64,000 nt of DNA from Actinomycetes bacterium (GTDB taxonomy: Bacteria > Actinomycetota > Thermoleophilia > Gaiellales > F1-60-MAGs149). The DNA lies in the NCBI GenBank assembly GCA_025360225.1, contig JANYCN010000077.1, forward strand, positions 12,232 through 76,231. Reading direction: 5' to 3'. The notes beneath the pieces are model-generated. The model saw only the letters and a program-made list of their open reading frames with translations. It was not told the origin of the DNA and searched no databases. Positions 28,601-36,758 of this stretch are shown piece after piece (position 1 is the first letter of the stretch; each line of letters starts with the position of its first letter). A program made the translations under genes and the position numbers.

Positions 28601-29038
28601 GGACACGGCGACGCCTACGTCGAGGCGCCCGCCCTGAGCACCGATACCTACCGCGCATCGTTCGTGGTCGACACCAACGGCTCACGTGTCGAGGGCGCGG
28701 TGCAGGACCTTCTTCTTGGCTCGAGCGGACGCGTCCGCCTGTTCGCCATCCAACGCACGACGCGCGGACAGCTCCAGTACATCCGCCTCGTCGCTCTCGA
28801 CGGAACACGGACGAAGGTCGGCGGGTGGACGGCGACGGGCGACGACCGCCACGCCGTCAGCGTCTCCTGGTTCGCCGGCTCGTCCGGCCTGGCCGAGCTG
28901 CGGCTCGACGGCCAACTCGTCTCCCGGCTTGCGGTGCTGCGCGCCGACGCGGCCCGTCTCACGACCGTCCGGCTCGGTGCGCTCGGTGGTGCTGGTACAG
29001 GATCGATCCGCTACGACGCGTACGTCTCAACACGCTAA
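25607..29038 (+). CDS. 1143-aa secreted protein: two ligand-less cupredoxin (MCO-like) domains, Ig-like modules, C-terminal LamG/jelly-roll-like domain
   Basis: ATG lies 1 nt after the MCO-B stop. Signal-like ACTLALSLLAVTTPGALAAG. TVNLHNTHLLVPLSLTFPQ and GTFLYQAGP..MGLSGALVVEG align to MCO domain 1 without His ligands. LDTVGPDV / IDTTPPAL Ig-module starts. C-terminus is AVFADGFESRLRRW...RLDGQLV... Confidence 0.75.
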   Translation: MPHHRTPGERAVIIRRRACTLALSLLAVTTPGALAAGIGKLDPTGSGCVRSGTHLTCDLWVEPATMVVPAGFRASIPGSATDSSTTLGRLAALGYNLPTWVYAAGASEPTGPFTGTGGPTIVASEGDAVTVNLHNTHLLVPLSLTFPQIVGVRHDGRAGSDRLGVAGATVTTYTFTASSPGTFLYQAGPTVAGKRAIAMGLSGALVVEGNTGAYDLPSGAFTDEAVVLLQELDPALNLSTTPWTFDLSHFQAHLWLPNNALSGRSGGSNTVSVSANAPTLVRYVNAGLQDHWVSLLGLPQLRIAQDAQPQVNLGHGVGNANSDQSLNVTVAALPAGTTEDTIIAIPGTTPDGSAFPLYDDGNDGGTYVATDAAAVRGPGVFQNLVVATGTGTGSIAACGITGSAPLATVTGLTPLTQTVGGASLADASIAGTAVVCGSGSPASAVEYFLDDMGAPGTGTPVTMTGGTFTTTISTATLLAIDSSTTPARRALPHRVWFRANNGSAWGELSSAEIVLDTVGPDVKRISTDPTISNGTTSVHVWVSGDETTTGNTVVTGFAWSIAGATDAACASTVGIPTINQAPEVDLQFDIPVACTSTLGEGNHLLSIVATDHYGNATAAGGMNDPNTYTVAIDTTPPALVRTAGLVRVPAGPDTPGSPYPGDTTAVAVQVLQRLPYDAQNPTGVFGGPFTNWNNGTLPWELNTHELGVRASASDPTTTGVRSGVAAMYGSFDPAFCSTADPAGVGARLDAQGGRFHEPAIGFQYIPLAQLAQYTKLSAASSTDATYPGVRVAYYVRVVDTAGNWSACPHTYDVALDASAGTQRDEMAADPLTGSLIVAIGGDFAVGSLQLPKITAGNRAVFASSPRHTTINVTLRLDAATRGEGNGVTGAEWFDGHDPGVGNGVQFSLVSGQWGAVTANLVSTVSTVRWTPGVHVIAARVRDRAGNWSALTTARFSVSPRAVFADGFESRLRRWAHRQGVAVTSAAALVGRLGLAVTTGHGDAYVEAPALSTDTYRASFVVDTNGSRVEGAVQDLLLGSSGRVRLFAIQRTTRGQLQYIRLVALDGTRTKVGGWTATGDDRHAVSVSWFAGSSGLAELRLDGQLVSRLAVLRADAARLTTVRLGALGGAGTGSIRYDAYVSTR

Positions 29039-29045
29039 TCACCCA

Positions 29046-29657
29046 ATGCGACGGGCCGACTGCATGGGGAAGGGGCTCCGTTTCCGGGTCACACCGGAGC
29101 GGGGCCCCGGTCGGCCGCTCATCACGACGAACCCGAGCCGGAAGGCCGCCGTGTCTCACATCGGAGCTCCGTCGTTCCCGAGTGGTTCGCGGCAGGTTCT
29201 CGCGGCCCTTGCGCTTGCGCTTCTCGGCTCCGTCGCGGTCTTCACCGGCGCGCAGCGGCTCGTCCAGCCGGTCATGGGCCCGCGGACGTTCGGTCCGGGC
29301 GCGACTCATGGCGGCACCATGCCGCATTCGCAGGCCATCGAGGCAACCTATGGCGTCGAGTTCTACCAGGTCGGACTGTCGGGGGACGGTGGGCTCGTCG
29401 ACGTGCGCTTTCGCGTGCTCGACGCGTCACGTGCCGCTCCGGTTCTGGGCCATCAGGCGACGATCAAGATGGTGGTCGGAAACGAGCGCACCCGTTCGCT
29501 GTTCGACACCCGAGCGATGACGCCGGGTGAGTCGAACCTCGTTGCCGGGCAATCCTACTGGGTGCTGTTCCGCAATGCCGGCGGCGACATCACGCGCGGC
29601 GACCGCGTCGACATCTTCGTCGGCGCCTTACATCTCGATGGTGTTCTTGTTCAGTAG
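29046..29657 (+). CDS. small membrane-anchored protein with a His/Met motif (THGGTMPH); last gene of the operon
   Basis: Same strand, 7 nt after the preceding stop. One hydrophobic segment (VLAALALALLGSVAVF) then a domain of about 130 aa. Alternative starts: ATG 29064, or GTG 29151 (preceded by GGAAGG). GC3 is coding-like from 29046. Confidence 0.55.
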   Translation: MRRADCMGKGLRFRVTPERGPGRPLITTNPSRKAAVSHIGAPSFPSGSRQVLAALALALLGSVAVFTGAQRLVQPVMGPRTFGPGATHGGTMPHSQAIEATYGVEFYQVGLSGDGGLVDVRFRVLDASRAAPVLGHQATIKMVVGNERTRSLFDTRAMTPGESNLVAGQSYWVLFRNAGGDITRGDRVDIFVGALHLDGVLVQ

Positions 29658-30220
29658 TCGCCGTCAGGAGCGCAGCGCAGCGCCGCGTTCGGGCGCAGCG
29701 CGCCGAACGCGTCTGGATCGTCCCGACGCAGGTGCTCGGCCAGCCGGGCGTACTGCTCAGCGATCGGACCGTCGGCCGCGACCGGGTACTCGAGCTCGTA
29801 GACGATCCGGCGCACGCCGGCCTGGATCGCCTCCTTGAGGCACCCGAAGCAGGGGCTGAGCGTCGAGTACAGCGTCGCGCCGTCGGCGCGCATCCCGAAG
29901 CGTGCCGCGGCGAGCAGCGCGTTCTGCTCGGCGTGGACGCAGATGCAACGATCGAGGCCTCGGCCGGGGATGTGTTCCGGGTCTGCCATCTCCTCGCCGC
30001 GCCCCTCCGCGAGCAGGCGCCGATCACGGCAGCGCAGGCAGCCGCCGTCGAGGCAGTTCGTGAAGCCGCTCGGCGTGCCGTTGTAACCGGTCGAGACGAT
30101 GTGGTCGTCAACGACGAGGACCGCGCCAACCTGCGAGCCGAGGCAGTTCGCCGCCTCGCGCACCGCGCGGGCGATCGACATGAAGTAGTGGTCGCGCCGG
30201 ACGAGACGTTCGTCAGACAA
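29651..30220 (-). CDS. dCMP/deoxycytidylate deaminase (ComEB-like)
   Basis: Zinc motifs CVHAEQNA and SPCFGCLKEAIQAG. Converges on, and overlaps by 7 nt, the preceding + strand gene. Confidence 0.85.
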   Translation of the reverse strand: MSDERLVRRDHYFMSIARAVREAANCLGSQVGAVLVVDDHIVSTGYNGTPSGFTNCLDGGCLRCRDRRLLAEGRGEEMADPEHIPGRGLDRCICVHAEQNALLAAARFGMRADGATLYSTLSPCFGCLKEAIQAGVRRIVYELEYPVAADGPIAEQYARLAEHLRRDDPDAFGALRPNAALRCAPDGDY

Positions 30221-30230
30221 CCGCTACGGG

Positions 30231-30422
30231 CTACAGGGCCTTCTGGACCTTGCCGCCCTTGAGGCAGCGGGCGCAGACGTACGCGCGCTTCTGCACGCCG
30301 TCGACGATGATGCGGACACGCTGCAGGTTCGGATCGAACCGGCGCTTCGTGGCGACCATCGAGTGGCTCCGGTTGTTACCGAAGGAAGGCTTGCGATCAC
30401 AGACGGAGCAGACGCGGGACAT
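30231..30422 (-). CDS. rpmB: 50S ribosomal protein L28
   Basis: [38 protein letters not shown] is a typical L28. Confidence 0.92.
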   Translation of the reverse strand: MSRVCSVCDRKPSFGNNRSHSMVATKRRFDPNLQRVRIIVDGVQKRAYVCARCLKGGKVQKAL

Positions 30423-30449
30423 TGATCACAGTATGCTGCACCCTTCCTG

Positions 30450-32060
30450 ATGAGGCAAACGGCAACCGTCCAGATCCGCTCGGCCATCGCTGGCGCCTCG
30501 GCCGCCCTCGAGGCTGCCCGCGATCGCATCAACGACATGAACGTCTACCCGGTGCCGGACGGCGACACGGGAACGAACCTGTCCCTCTCCGTGCAGGCGA
30601 TCGTCGGTGCCGTCGGCGACGGCGAGGCCGTCGACACCTCCGCTGAAGGCGTCGCTGCGACGGTGAAGCGTGCAGCGTTGCTCGGTGCGCGAGGGAACTC
30701 GGGGATCATCCTCTCGCAGATCGTCCGCGGGATCTGCGAGTCAGTGACCTCGTCATCGAGGCTCGATCCAGCTGCCGTCGCCGCCGCACTTCGGGGCGCC
30801 GCGGACGCCGCCTACCGGGCGGTGCGCGAGCCGGTCGAGGGGACGATCCTGACCGTTGTGCGGGAGATGGCGGAGGAGGCCGAGCAACACCTCCATGACC
30901 TGCCCGCCCAGCTCGACCGCGTCCTCGCGCGCGGCGAGGCCGCCCTTGCGCGGACACCGGCGATGCTCGCGCAGCTACGGGACGCCGGCGTCGTCGATGC
31001 GGGCGGCGCGGGCCTCGTCGAGCTCGTCCGCGGTGCGATCGCTGGTCTGCGCGGTGAGCACGTCGGCTCGCTCGCCGCCGTCGCCCACGTCTCGCGGGTC
31101 AGGGCGGTGCACGCCGAGCGATCGCTCTACCGCTACTGCACGAACTACCTGGTCGCTGGTGCAGACGTCGATCCGGAGGCGCTTGAGCGGGCGTTGCGCG
31201 ACCTTGGCGACTGCCTGATCGTCGTCGGCGACGCCGACGGGACGAGGGTGCACCTGCACAGCGACGATCCCGGCCGGGCGCTCTCGCTCGCGACCGCGAT
31301 GGGCGCGATCGCCGGCGTCGACGTTGCCGACATGCACGAGCAGATCGCCGGGCGGGCAGCTCGGCTCAGCGCGAGCGTCGATGCGGTCGACGAGAAAGGC
31401 CAGGCGACGGACGTGGTGTTCGTCGTCGCCGGTGCCGGCAACGCGGCGATCGCCCGCAGCCTCGGCGCCCGCCGGATCGTCGAGGGCGGGCAGTCGCTGA
31501 ACCCGGCGACCAGCGAGATCCTTGCCGCGATCGAGTCCGCGCGAGCCGACGCGGTCGTCGTGCTGCCGAACAACCGCAACGTGCTCCTCGCGGCGCGCGC
31601 GGCGGCGGCGGCGGCGACCCGTCCGGCCATCGTCGTGGAGACCGCCTCGATCCCGGCGGGGCTTGCCGCGCTCGTCGCCTTCGACGCGGAGGCGCCGGTC
31701 GCCGAGAACGTGGCGGCAATGGCGCGTGCGCTGCGCGACGTCACCACCGGGGAGGTGACCAGGGCGGTCCGGACGGCGCGGGTCGACGGGGTCGCAGTCG
31801 CCGACGGTGACTGGCTGGCGCTCGTCGGCGGGCAGGTCGCCTCGGCGCACGGGACGCTCTGCGATGCCGTCACTGACGCAGTGGCCCGCCTGCTCGCAGA
31901 CGGGCAGGAGCTCGTGACCGTGATCACGGGCGACGACGAGGCGGCGGCAGCGATCGTTCGGCGCACCGTCGCCGCGCTTGCTGCCGCGCACGACGGGGTC
32001 TCCTTCGATGTCCACGACGGCGGTCAGCCGCACTACGCAGCGCTGCTGGCGTCCGAGTGA
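30450..32060 (+). CDS. DAK2 domain-containing protein (YloV-like)
   Basis: NVYPVPDGDTGTNL and ARGNSG motifs. Divergent from rpmB as in Firmicutes and Actinomycetota. Confidence 0.85.
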   Translation: MRQTATVQIRSAIAGASAALEAARDRINDMNVYPVPDGDTGTNLSLSVQAIVGAVGDGEAVDTSAEGVAATVKRAALLGARGNSGIILSQIVRGICESVTSSSRLDPAAVAAALRGAADAAYRAVREPVEGTILTVVREMAEEAEQHLHDLPAQLDRVLARGEAALARTPAMLAQLRDAGVVDAGGAGLVELVRGAIAGLRGEHVGSLAAVAHVSRVRAVHAERSLYRYCTNYLVAGADVDPEALERALRDLGDCLIVVGDADGTRVHLHSDDPGRALSLATAMGAIAGVDVADMHEQIAGRAARLSASVDAVDEKGQATDVVFVVAGAGNAAIARSLGARRIVEGGQSLNPATSEILAAIESARADAVVVLPNNRNVLLAARAAAAAATRPAIVVETASIPAGLAALVAFDAEAPVAENVAAMARALRDVTTGEVTRAVRTARVDGVAVADGDWLALVGGQVASAHGTLCDAVTDAVARLLADGQELVTVITGDDEAAAAIVRRTVAALAAAHDGVSFDVHDGGQPHYAALLASE

Positions 32061-32917
32061 TGGAACGCGCCGCACGGAACACCGCGCTCGTCTACGACTC
32101 CACCGCCGATCTTCCCGGAGGGGTCGAAGGCGTTGCCTCGCGCATGGTGTCGTTGCTCGTCCAGTTCGGCGCCGACACCTACCGCGATCACGTCGACCAG
32201 ACGAGCGACGAGCTCTACGCTCGGCTCGTTGCGTCACCCGTTGCGCCGACCACATCTCAGGCTTCGCCGGCCGCGTTCGCCGAGGCGTACGAGCAGCTGC
32301 TCGCCACGCACGACCACGTCGTCTCGCTGCACCTCTCCGGCAAGCTCTCGGGAACCGTCCAGAGCGCGCGGCTCGGAGCCGAGGCCTTCGGCGAACGCGT
32401 CACCGTGATCGACACCGGCACGGTGTCGGTGCTGCTCGGCCTCGCCGTGATCGGAGTGGGCGAGCTGCTCCTGCGGGGTACGGACGACGCTGAGGTTGCC
32501 GCCTTCATCGCGCGCCACGAGACGGAGGGTCGCCTCTACGTCGGGCTCGAGACGCTCGAGCACCTGCAGCGTGGGGGCCGGATCGGCAAGGCCCAGGCGC
32601 TGGTCGGTCAGCTGCTCTCGGTCCGACCGATCCTCACCGTCGAGGCCGGCGAGATCCTCCCGCTGACCCGGGTTCGGGGCACCGGCAAGGTCGTCGGGGC
32701 GCTCGTCGACCAGCTTCAGATCGGGTTCGCTGGACGGACTGACGTGCGCTTGATGGTCGGTCATGGCGCCGCGCCCGAGGCGGCCGAACGGCTGGTCGCG
32801 GCGATTCGAAACGTCCGGCCCGACCTTGAAGCGCCGCTGGTCGTGTCGATCGGCGCGGCCGTCGGAGCACACGCCGGACCGGGTGCGATCGGCATCGCGG
32901 TCGGACCACGACCGTAA
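32057..32917 (+). CDS. DegV family fatty-acid-binding protein
   Basis: DegV-like sequence (LVYDSTADLP, TSQASPAAFAEAY, HLSGKLSGT, HAGPGAIGIAV). GTGA overlap with the previous gene. Confidence 0.85.
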   Translation: MMERAARNTALVYDSTADLPGGVEGVASRMVSLLVQFGADTYRDHVDQTSDELYARLVASPVAPTTSQASPAAFAEAYEQLLATHDHVVSLHLSGKLSGTVQSARLGAEAFGERVTVIDTGTVSVLLGLAVIGVGELLLRGTDDAEVAAFIARHETEGRLYVGLETLEHLQRGGRIGKAQALVGQLLSVRPILTVEAGEILPLTRVRGTGKVVGALVDQLQIGFAGRTDVRLMVGHGAAPEAAERLVAAIRNVRPDLEAPLVVSIGAAVGAHAGPGAIGIAVGPRP

Positions 32918-32990
32918 CCTGTGTAATCCGGCTGGTTCCAGCGACGCGATCTGCGTGCACGCGTCTCGGGGTGCGCGTACAACGAGAGAG

Positions 32991-33584
32991 ATGGGGGGGC
33001 TCATCGATCTTCGGCGGTTCGTCCGGGCGGGTGACGCGGGCACGCTTCGCCGTGGCGACGGCGCTGACCTGCGGACGATCTTCGGGCACGTCTCGACCCT
33101 CTGGGCGACCATCCAGTGCGCGCGCGGGGCGATCTGTCCGGGTGATGCGATGCAGTCGATCCTGGTGGCAGACGGCATCCGTGTCCTCGTCACGTTCGAG
33201 GCGATCGAGGTCGTCGCTGGCGTCACCGACGATCGCTGCGAGCTAACGGTCGCGGGCACCGTCGTCCTCGCCGACCGTCGTGAGGTCTGCCGGACAGCGT
33301 CGTCGCTTGGTCTCGTCGCGATCCACGTCCGCAGTGACGGTTTCGTCGTCCGCGCGCACGCGGTCGCGACGGACGTGAGCAGTGCTGGCGTGCAGTTCGA
33401 CTCCGACGATCGCTTCGCTCCCGGCGACGAGGTGACGCTCGCACAGGAGGGTGGTGACGGGTTCCGCGTTCGCGTCCGCATCGTCCGCCGGACGGCCACG
33501 GCGACCGGCGCGCGCTACGGCTGCCGTGTCGTCGCCGCGACGGCTGCCGACGAGGAGCGACTGCTCGCCGCGACGCGCGGGTGA
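32991..33584 (+). CDS. PilZ domain protein
   Basis: RREVCR (RRxxxR) and TDVSSAGVQF (DxSxxG) with typical spacing. ATG 32991 is preceded by GAGAGAG; the track ORF from 32763 overlaps degV. Confidence 0.55.
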   Translation: MGGLIDLRRFVRAGDAGTLRRGDGADLRTIFGHVSTLWATIQCARGAICPGDAMQSILVADGIRVLVTFEAIEVVAGVTDDRCELTVAGTVVLADRREVCRTASSLGLVAIHVRSDGFVVRAHAVATDVSSAGVQFDSDDRFAPGDEVTLAQEGGDGFRVRVRIVRRTATATGARYGCRVVAATAADEERLLAATRG

Positions 33585-33601
33585 CGGCGTAGTATCCACC
33601 G

Positions 33602-35710
33602 GTGCACCCGTTCGGCGATCTGGAGGCTGGCCGGTTCCCGCGCCCCAGAACGGCACCGGATCCGGCGGCTCTCGCGACCCCGATCGAGGCACGCGCGGCG
33701 ATCGTCGAGGCGCTCGCGGAGATGGACGTCCACACCGCTTCTGACCTTCTCGAGGCCTTGCCGTTTCGCTTCGACGACTTCTCGCGGGTCGTCTCCCTGT
33801 CGTCGTTGCGCGGTGGGGAGGAAGCGACGGTCCTCGTCACCATCGAGGGCGTCGGCGAGCGACGCACGAGCCGCCGGAACCTTCGGATCATCTACGCGGC
33901 GGTTCACGATGGTCAGGGTGCGCGCGGGCGGGTGACCTGGTTCAACCAGCGCTACCTTCTCCGCACGCTCGAGCCGGGAATGCTGCTGCTCGTCCGCGGC
34001 GAGGCGCGATCGGCGGGAGGTGGCCTGGAGATCTCGGCACGGACGCATGAGATCGTTGCGACGGCCGAGGAGGCGCAGCGTGGGGAGGCGGTCGCGCTCG
34101 GGCTGGCACCGGTCTACCGAGCGTCGAGCAAGGTGTCCTCGCGCGTCCTGCGCGACCTCACAGGCGACGCGCTGACCCGTGTCTCTCGCGTCGCGGACCC
34201 CGTGCCGGCGCGGATCCGGGCGGTTCGTCGTCTACCGCTGCGTCGTGATGCGATCGTCGCCGGCCACCGCCCACGCACGCTTGGCGAGGCGGAGGTGGCC
34301 CGTCGACGCCTCGCGTACGAGGAGCTGCTCCTCCTGCAGCTTGCGCTGCTTCGTCACCGTCGCTCGGTCGACGCCGCGGGCACCGCCGTCGCGTTGCCGC
34401 CGGCCGGCGAGCTTGTCACACGCTACGTCGCCAACCTGCCGTTTACGCTGACGGGTGCACAGGAGCGGGCGATCGCCACGATCGGGGCCGACCTCGAGCT
34501 GGCGACGCCGATGCAGCGGCTCCTGCAGGGCGACGTCGGTAGCGGTAAGACGGCCGTCGCGCTCGCCATCGCGTTGCGGGCGATCGAGGGCAACGCCCAG
34601 GCCGCGTTGATGGCGCCGACCGAGGTGCTCGCGGTGCAGCACCTCGCGAGCGCTGAGCGGCTCCTCGCCGGCCTCGGCGTGGAGGTGTGCTTGCTCACGG
34701 GGGACGTCCCGAAGCGTGAGGCTGATGCCCGTCGACAGCGGATCGAGGCGGGCGAGCCGCTCCTCGCAATCGGCACCCACGCGCTCCTGCACGTGCCGTT
34801 TGCACGCCTCGCGGTGGCCATCGTCGACGAGCAGCACCGGTTCGGCGTCGACCAGCGAGGCGGACTTCAGGGCGGTGATATCTCGGCGCACGTGCTGCAC
34901 ATGACGGCCACGCCGATCCCGCGTTCGCTCGCTCTCACCCTGTACGGCGACCTCGACGTGACGGTGCTCGACGAGCTGCCAGCCGGGCGTCTGCCGGTGA
35001 AGACACGCATCGTTGGCGAGCCGAAGCGTGACGGCTGCTACGCGTGGATCGTCGAACAGGCGGCGCACGGTCGACAGGCATACGTCGTCTGTGCGCTGGT
35101 CGAGGGCTCCGAGCAGATCGAGGCGCGCGCCGCGGAGGAGGAAGTCGAACGGCTCGCCGCCGGACCGCTCGCCACCCTCACGATCGGCTGCGTCCACGGC
35201 CAGATGCGACCGGCCGACAAGGCCGACGTGATGCGACGGTTCGTCACCGGCGACGTCGACGTGCTCGTGGCGACGACGGTGATCGAGGTGGGCGTCGACG
35301 TCCCGAACGCCTCGATCATGGTGATCGAGGACGCTGACCGCTTCGGGCTCTCCCAGCTGCACCAGCTCCGCGGTCGCGTCGGCCGTGGTAGCGAGCAGTC
35401 CTACTGCTTCCTGTTCGAGTCGCTCGAGCCAACGGAGGACGGTGAGAAGCGCCTGCGCGCGCTCGTCGACCACACGAGCGGCTTCGACCTTGCGGAGATC
35501 GACCTTGACATGCGCGGCGAGGGGCACCTGCTCGGGCAGATCCAGAGCGGACGATCGGCGTTCCGTCATGCCAGGCTATCACGCGACCGCGTCCTGCTCG
35601 AGCAGGCGCGCGAGGACGCGCGGACGCTGCTCGACGCGGAGGATGGCGTGATCGAGGTCGAGGCGGACGAGCGATTTGGTGCGCTCATCGCCGGGATGCG
35701 ACGCGGGTGA
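33602..35710 (+). CDS. recG: ATP-dependent DNA helicase RecG
   Basis: Wedge-domain N-terminus, Walker A GDVGSGKT, DEQHRFG, QLHQLRGRVGRG. Confidence 0.92.
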   Translation: MHPFGDLEAGRFPRPRTAPDPAALATPIEARAAIVEALAEMDVHTASDLLEALPFRFDDFSRVVSLSSLRGGEEATVLVTIEGVGERRTSRRNLRIIYAAVHDGQGARGRVTWFNQRYLLRTLEPGMLLLVRGEARSAGGGLEISARTHEIVATAEEAQRGEAVALGLAPVYRASSKVSSRVLRDLTGDALTRVSRVADPVPARIRAVRRLPLRRDAIVAGHRPRTLGEAEVARRRLAYEELLLLQLALLRHRRSVDAAGTAVALPPAGELVTRYVANLPFTLTGAQERAIATIGADLELATPMQRLLQGDVGSGKTAVALAIALRAIEGNAQAALMAPTEVLAVQHLASAERLLAGLGVEVCLLTGDVPKREADARRQRIEAGEPLLAIGTHALLHVPFARLAVAIVDEQHRFGVDQRGGLQGGDISAHVLHMTATPIPRSLALTLYGDLDVTVLDELPAGRLPVKTRIVGEPKRDGCYAWIVEQAAHGRQAYVVCALVEGSEQIEARAAEEEVERLAAGPLATLTIGCVHGQMRPADKADVMRRFVTGDVDVLVATTVIEVGVDVPNASIMVIEDADRFGLSQLHQLRGRVGRGSEQSYCFLFESLEPTEDGEKRLRALVDHTSGFDLAEIDLDMRGEGHLLGQIQSGRSAFRHARLSRDRVLLEQAREDARTLLDAEDGVIEVEADERFGALIAGMRRG

Positions 35711-36261
35711 GGGTGGTCGCCGGCGCGGTGCGCGGACGTCGCCTGGTTGCCCCGGCGGGCAGGGAGACGCGCCCGTCCTCAGACCGCCTGCGCGAGGCGC
35801 TCTTCGCGGCGCTCGCAGAGGTTCACGGCGACACCGTGCTCGACCTGTTTGCGGGGTCGGGTGCGCTCGGCATCGAGGCGCTCTCGCGCGGCGCAGCCTC
35901 CTGCACCTTCTGTGATGGGGGTGCACCGGCGGTCGCGGCGATCCGAGAGAACCTTGCGACGCTCGGGCTCGCTGGAGCGGCTCGGGTCGTTCGCGGTGAC
36001 GCGACACGGCTTCTCGCGGACGAGCACGCGCGCGGCGCGCGGTACGATCTCGTGCTGGTTGACCCGCCGTACGCCATCCTCCAGTCGCTCGTCCCAACCC
36101 TCGACCGGCTCCTGCCGGCGATCGTCCCTGTCGGCGGTCGTCTCGTGATCGAGTCGGCGGCAGGAACGTTGCCCTGCTGCGTCGGGTTCGACGTTTGCTC
36201 GCGGCGGCGCATCGGCGCGGCGACCCTGACGATTCTCACCCGCTCGGAGGTCGCCGCATGA
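35707..36261 (+). CDS. rsmD: 16S rRNA (guanine966-N2)-methyltransferase RsmD
   Basis: VLDLFAGSGALGIEALSRGA and LVLVDPPYA motifs. GTGA overlap with recG. Confidence 0.88.
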   Translation: MRVVAGAVRGRRLVAPAGRETRPSSDRLREALFAALAEVHGDTVLDLFAGSGALGIEALSRGAASCTFCDGGAPAVAAIRENLATLGLAGAARVVRGDATRLLADEHARGARYDLVLVDPPYAILQSLVPTLDRLLPAIVPVGGRLVIESAAGTLPCCVGFDVCSRRRIGAATLTILTRSEVAA

Positions 36262-36746
36262 CACGGATTGCAATCTGTCCCGGCACCTACGACCCGGTCA
36301 CCTACGGCCACCTCGACGTGATCGAGCGCACCGCGGAGCTGTTCGACCGCGTCGTCGTCGGCGTCGTACGCGCGCCGCGCCACAAGCAGACCCTGTTCAC
36401 CATCGAGGAGCGCGTCGCGTTCTTGGAGGAGTCGGTCGCGCCGCTCGCGAACGTCACGGTGCGGACGTTCGCGAACCTCGTCGTCGAGTTCGCGCGCGAC
36501 GAGGGCGCCACCGCACTCGTGAAGGGCCTACGCGCCGTCTCCGACTTCGAGTGGGAGTTCCAGATGTGTCACCTCAACAAGCGCCTCGCCCCAGAGATCG
36601 AGACCGTCTACCTGATGAGCTCGCCACGCTACTCGTTCGTGTCGTCCAGCGGCGTCAGGGAGATCGCCGCGTTCGGCGGCTCCGTCGCCGACCTCGTCCC
36701 CCCACCGGTCGCTCGCGCGTTCGCAGACCGCTACGCTGCACGGTAA
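36258..36746 (+). CDS. coaD: phosphopantetheine adenylyltransferase
   Basis: MTRIAICPGTYDPVTYGHLDVIER. ATGA overlap with rsmD; the track ORF from 36195 is an extension. Confidence 0.92.
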   Translation: MTRIAICPGTYDPVTYGHLDVIERTAELFDRVVVGVVRAPRHKQTLFTIEERVAFLEESVAPLANVTVRTFANLVVEFARDEGATALVKGLRAVSDFEWEFQMCHLNKRLAPEIETVYLMSSPRYSFVSSSGVREIAAFGGSVADLVPPPVARAFADRYAAR

Positions 36747-36758
36747 GGAGCCTTTGCC

